64,000 bases of DNA from Podarcis tiliguerta (Eukaryota): assembly GCA_965153285.1 (NCBI GenBank), contig OZ229112.1. The stretch is one strand, 5' to 3'. The notes below the pieces were generated by a model. That model did not search any database. It was not told where the DNA came from and saw nothing but the letters and a program-made list of their open reading frames with translations. This document shows, piece after piece, positions 60,912 to 64,000 of this stretch (position 1 is its first letter; each line of letters begins with the position of its first letter). The position numbers and the translations under genes were made by a program.

Positions 60912-62599
60912 CTGTTAAAAGAAAGAATCATATTTTCAGCCACCAAGAAGCAAAAATTAAATATTTCATTTCAAGCATGTGCAGGACTTTCACAGCACAA
61001 CCTTCCAGCTTATATGCAGCTTGTGTTGTGTTGGAATGCTGACTTGTTACGACATACAGTTCACAACCTTATAATTTTTAGGTGCAAATATGTACAGTTT
61101 CAGTCTTATCTATTAATTAGGGTCTCTTCGACAATGTGTGCCAAATTTAAGCCTTTTCAGGGAAATACAGTACCTCACATATGTTGGAGTACACTTCTAG
61201 CTATCTCTTTTGAGAAAAGATTTCCAAGAAGTTTTCATTTCAGATTTTGGAAGTAATCAAAGCACCTTGGGGTGTGTGTGTCAGATTACAATTTCATAGC
61301 TCGCACGCAAGTAATCATTCTGGCTGCCAATCTGAGTTCCCTCTTTTGAAGGATGTACAAGCATCCTCCTTTCAGAGCTTTCTACTCATCACGGTATCTT
61401 GGACTTAACGTATGTCAAATACCACGAGTAACCGGAAATAGTTTAGCTATTGTGAACACACTGAGTCTTGTATTAATTTTAAGATCCCAGCCATTTGGGA
61501 AGTATCACAATATTGGCAAGGCACAAGTATCTGTCTTCCTCTCTAGTTTGTTTAAAGAAAAGCTAAATGTTACATTGGTTTAAAAATATATAGAGAACCT
61601 TTTCCTCAATAGTCAAAAGTATCAGTATACATATTAACCTTAATAGTTAATAATGTACTTGGAGTACAAAAATGACCTTTAACTCACTCATGCTAAAGAT
61701 CATGGAGTAATTACTTTAATGCATTGCTACATTTACCCTCTAAGAGCATTCCAATGCAATGAATATTACAATTTTATCCACCATTTAACCCATCAAGATC
61801 TTGTGTATCCAGCCATACATATAAGATTAAATTTAGCCTTCTCACAAAACTTTCAGATCTATCGCTGTCGATTTGTCATTTTCTGTTTCCATAAATTATT
61901 AGTCTGTAAGAATACTAATTCCAGCCACACTCTGGTGTATAAATTTTCATCAGTAACTGGAAAATTAATTTCAGTGGATTTGTCATAGAACAACCCCCGC
62001 CCCCATCAAATGTACAATGTGATTTAATATTAAATGAACCCTATATATTAGCAAATTAAGCAGTACTTAATGAAGCAGTACACTATATTCTCTCACTTTA
62101 TTTAAACTTAAACCTGCTCTAACAAGAAACCACACTGACTTGAAAGTAATTTATAATGCTGATGTGCAAAATCTATCGGGAAGTTTCCTTGTATGAGCCA
62201 CACTGAAAAGTACAGCTGAGTAAGAACATATCCATTGCATTTTAAAACTTTAGCCAATTTTAATAGGGTCTGTACTGGAAAATCCCAGTGAATTTTACCA
62301 GAACCAAGAGCAGGAAAAAGGATGATACCTGTGTGGCCTAGAACATGCATCTAGTTTAGAGTAAGCAAGTCCTCCTGGTCTCTAGTGAAACTAGACCACT
62401 ATGATGCCATACTGAGGCGACTTGAGCAGACATTACAGCATGGGTAAAGAACAATACAGAAAAGAGACAATGCAAAAGTGTGCATCTTATGGCTTCTGGA
62501 CACAGGCAACATATCAGGAAGCACATCTGCACCACACCTTACTAGCATGTCTTTTAAACAGGTCCTTTTGAAGTGCAGTTATCATAAAAAAGGTGGAGC

Positions 62600-62715
62600 A
62601 ATAGGTCAGTGCGCATGGCTATTAATCAGAAGGTAGGTAGTTTGAACCAACCCAGGGACAGCTGCGGGCAGGATCCCGGCACTGCAGGAGGTTGGTTGAC
62701 ACCTATGATTCTAAG
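62600..62715 (+). mobile_element. Degenerate tRNA-derived SINE with CR1-like tail
   Basis: attaatcagaaggtaggtagtttgaacc...ctgcaggaggttgg...ctatgattct. Confidence 0.45.
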
Positions 62716-62740
62716 TGATGTTGCTAATAATTTTACAATA

Positions 62741-63143
62741 GGTAAAAAGGTAAAAGACCCCTGGACAGTTATGTTCAGTCAAAGGTGACTATGGGATTGT
62801 GGCGCTCATCCCACTTTCAGGCCGAGCCACAATCAGTTTTCCGGGTCATGTGGCTAGCATGACTAAACTGCTACTGGCACACAGAGGACTGTAAATAAAT
62901 AAATAAAAAGTAGATAAATAGGTCCCGCTGTGGCCGGAAGGTAAATGGTGTTTTTGTGCGTTTTGGTTTCCGTCACAGTGTCCCGTTGTGCCAGAAGTGG
63001 TTTAGTCATACTGTCCACATGACCCGGAAAGCTGCCTGTGGACAAACGCCGGCTCCCTCGGCCTGAAAGCGAGATGAGCGTTGCAACCCCATAGTCACCT
63101 TTGACTGGACTTAATCGTCCAGGGGTCCTTTACCTTTACCTTT
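62741..63143. mobile_element. Head-to-head pair of 5'-truncated Sauria SINEs sharing one TSD
   Basis: Left copy on minus (62741-62891), right copy on plus (62907-63143), tails at both outer ends, TSD ATTTTACAATA (62730-62740, 63144-63154). Confidence 0.85.
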
Positions 63144-64000
63144 ATTTTACAATAATCAGGGACTTCACTACATTAGTAAAATAAACCAATGTTTTGAATT
63201 TGTTATAACACCAGATGGCACCAGAGAGCAAAAAGATATTCTATGTGATTTTTACATAGCTCCCCACCCCTTTGTTATAACCATTTAATTTCTGACATAT
63301 TTTTAGTGGTCCTCCCCCCCGTTTGTTTGTAGATCCACCGCAGGATGGAAATGTTGGTGGGGCCCTGGCAAAGACCCAAATGGACAAGATCCCTTTGGAG
63401 CATACCATACCTCTGGCAGCAAGCTAAGTCTTTGTGGGCTTCTGTTTGGATGGAGCTTGCAGGTGGGCAGCCCACCCAGATGAAATAAGCTGCAGCCCTT
63501 CTCTCATTTCTAGATGCATGGAAGCTTCATTAGGTGGCAGGTGTCCTTTATTCTCAGAGCTTATACTGAAATTATGGGGCTGAAATGCAATTGTACTCTT
63601 TTGATCCAATGGGCACCTCTGCTAAGAGAAGAGGAGGAAAGGAATTTTTTTGCCAATTCCTCCTTTCTCCTTGCAACCTCTACACCACCTTCCATACTGC
63701 TCTGTAGGCAGGGTCCCCGAACCCTTTGAAGCAGATTTTTAGGCAGCACTGGGGACTTGCCATCCTCTTTTCCATTAGTGGAGGCACCTGCTGGATCAAA
63801 AGCCACTGCACAAGTAGGAGGGCACTCTGCATATAGAGAGAGCTAGTTTTCAGAAGTAAAATGGTTTAATTCAGGATTTAACTACTAGATGGTATGGATT
63901 TTTATTTTCAAAGCCTCAGAAGTGGTGGGAGGTGTTCAACTGTACTATAGAATTTTTATTATTATTTACTAAAGGCAAATATATATCATTCATAATGGGT

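Noticed and set aside
61000-64000. Upstream UTRN exon (DMD exon 62 equivalent) or an Up71-type first exon
   Set aside because: No NKVPYYIN-like coding sequence or convincing promoter exon found; it presumably lies outside the window.

Overview
Vertebrate genomic DNA, almost certainly a squamate and probably a lacertid lizard (inferred from Podarcis-type Sauria SINEs plus L2 and CR1 LINEs). The minus strand carries the last 17 coding exons of utrophin (UTRN), equivalent to DMD exons 63-79. They encode the end of the WW domain, the EF-hands, the ZZ finger, the syntrophin-binding region and the coiled coils, ending ...TNLAGRPQAM*. All have GT-AG junctions in a consistent frame (1807 coding nt), followed by a ~2.3 kb 3'UTR with a let-7 8mer and a miR-1/206 site. 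Introns hold many TEs. The standout is a young, intact 5.5 kb Ty3/Gypsy chromovirus (sushi/Tf1 group; 28497-33992, same strand as UTRN, 408-bp LTRs with 2 mismatches, CCTAT TSD). It has a tRNA-independent self-priming PBS, an H-type pseudoknot at the gag-pol -1 frameshift, a chromodomain with a broken aromatic cage, and a pol frame running through all of U3. Its integrase tail carries two tandem acidic F/L-x-G-F motifs resembling LEDGF/p75-IBD (TND)-binding motifs. This suggests a possibly undescribed host-factor route for targeting integration into gene bodies (hypothesis).
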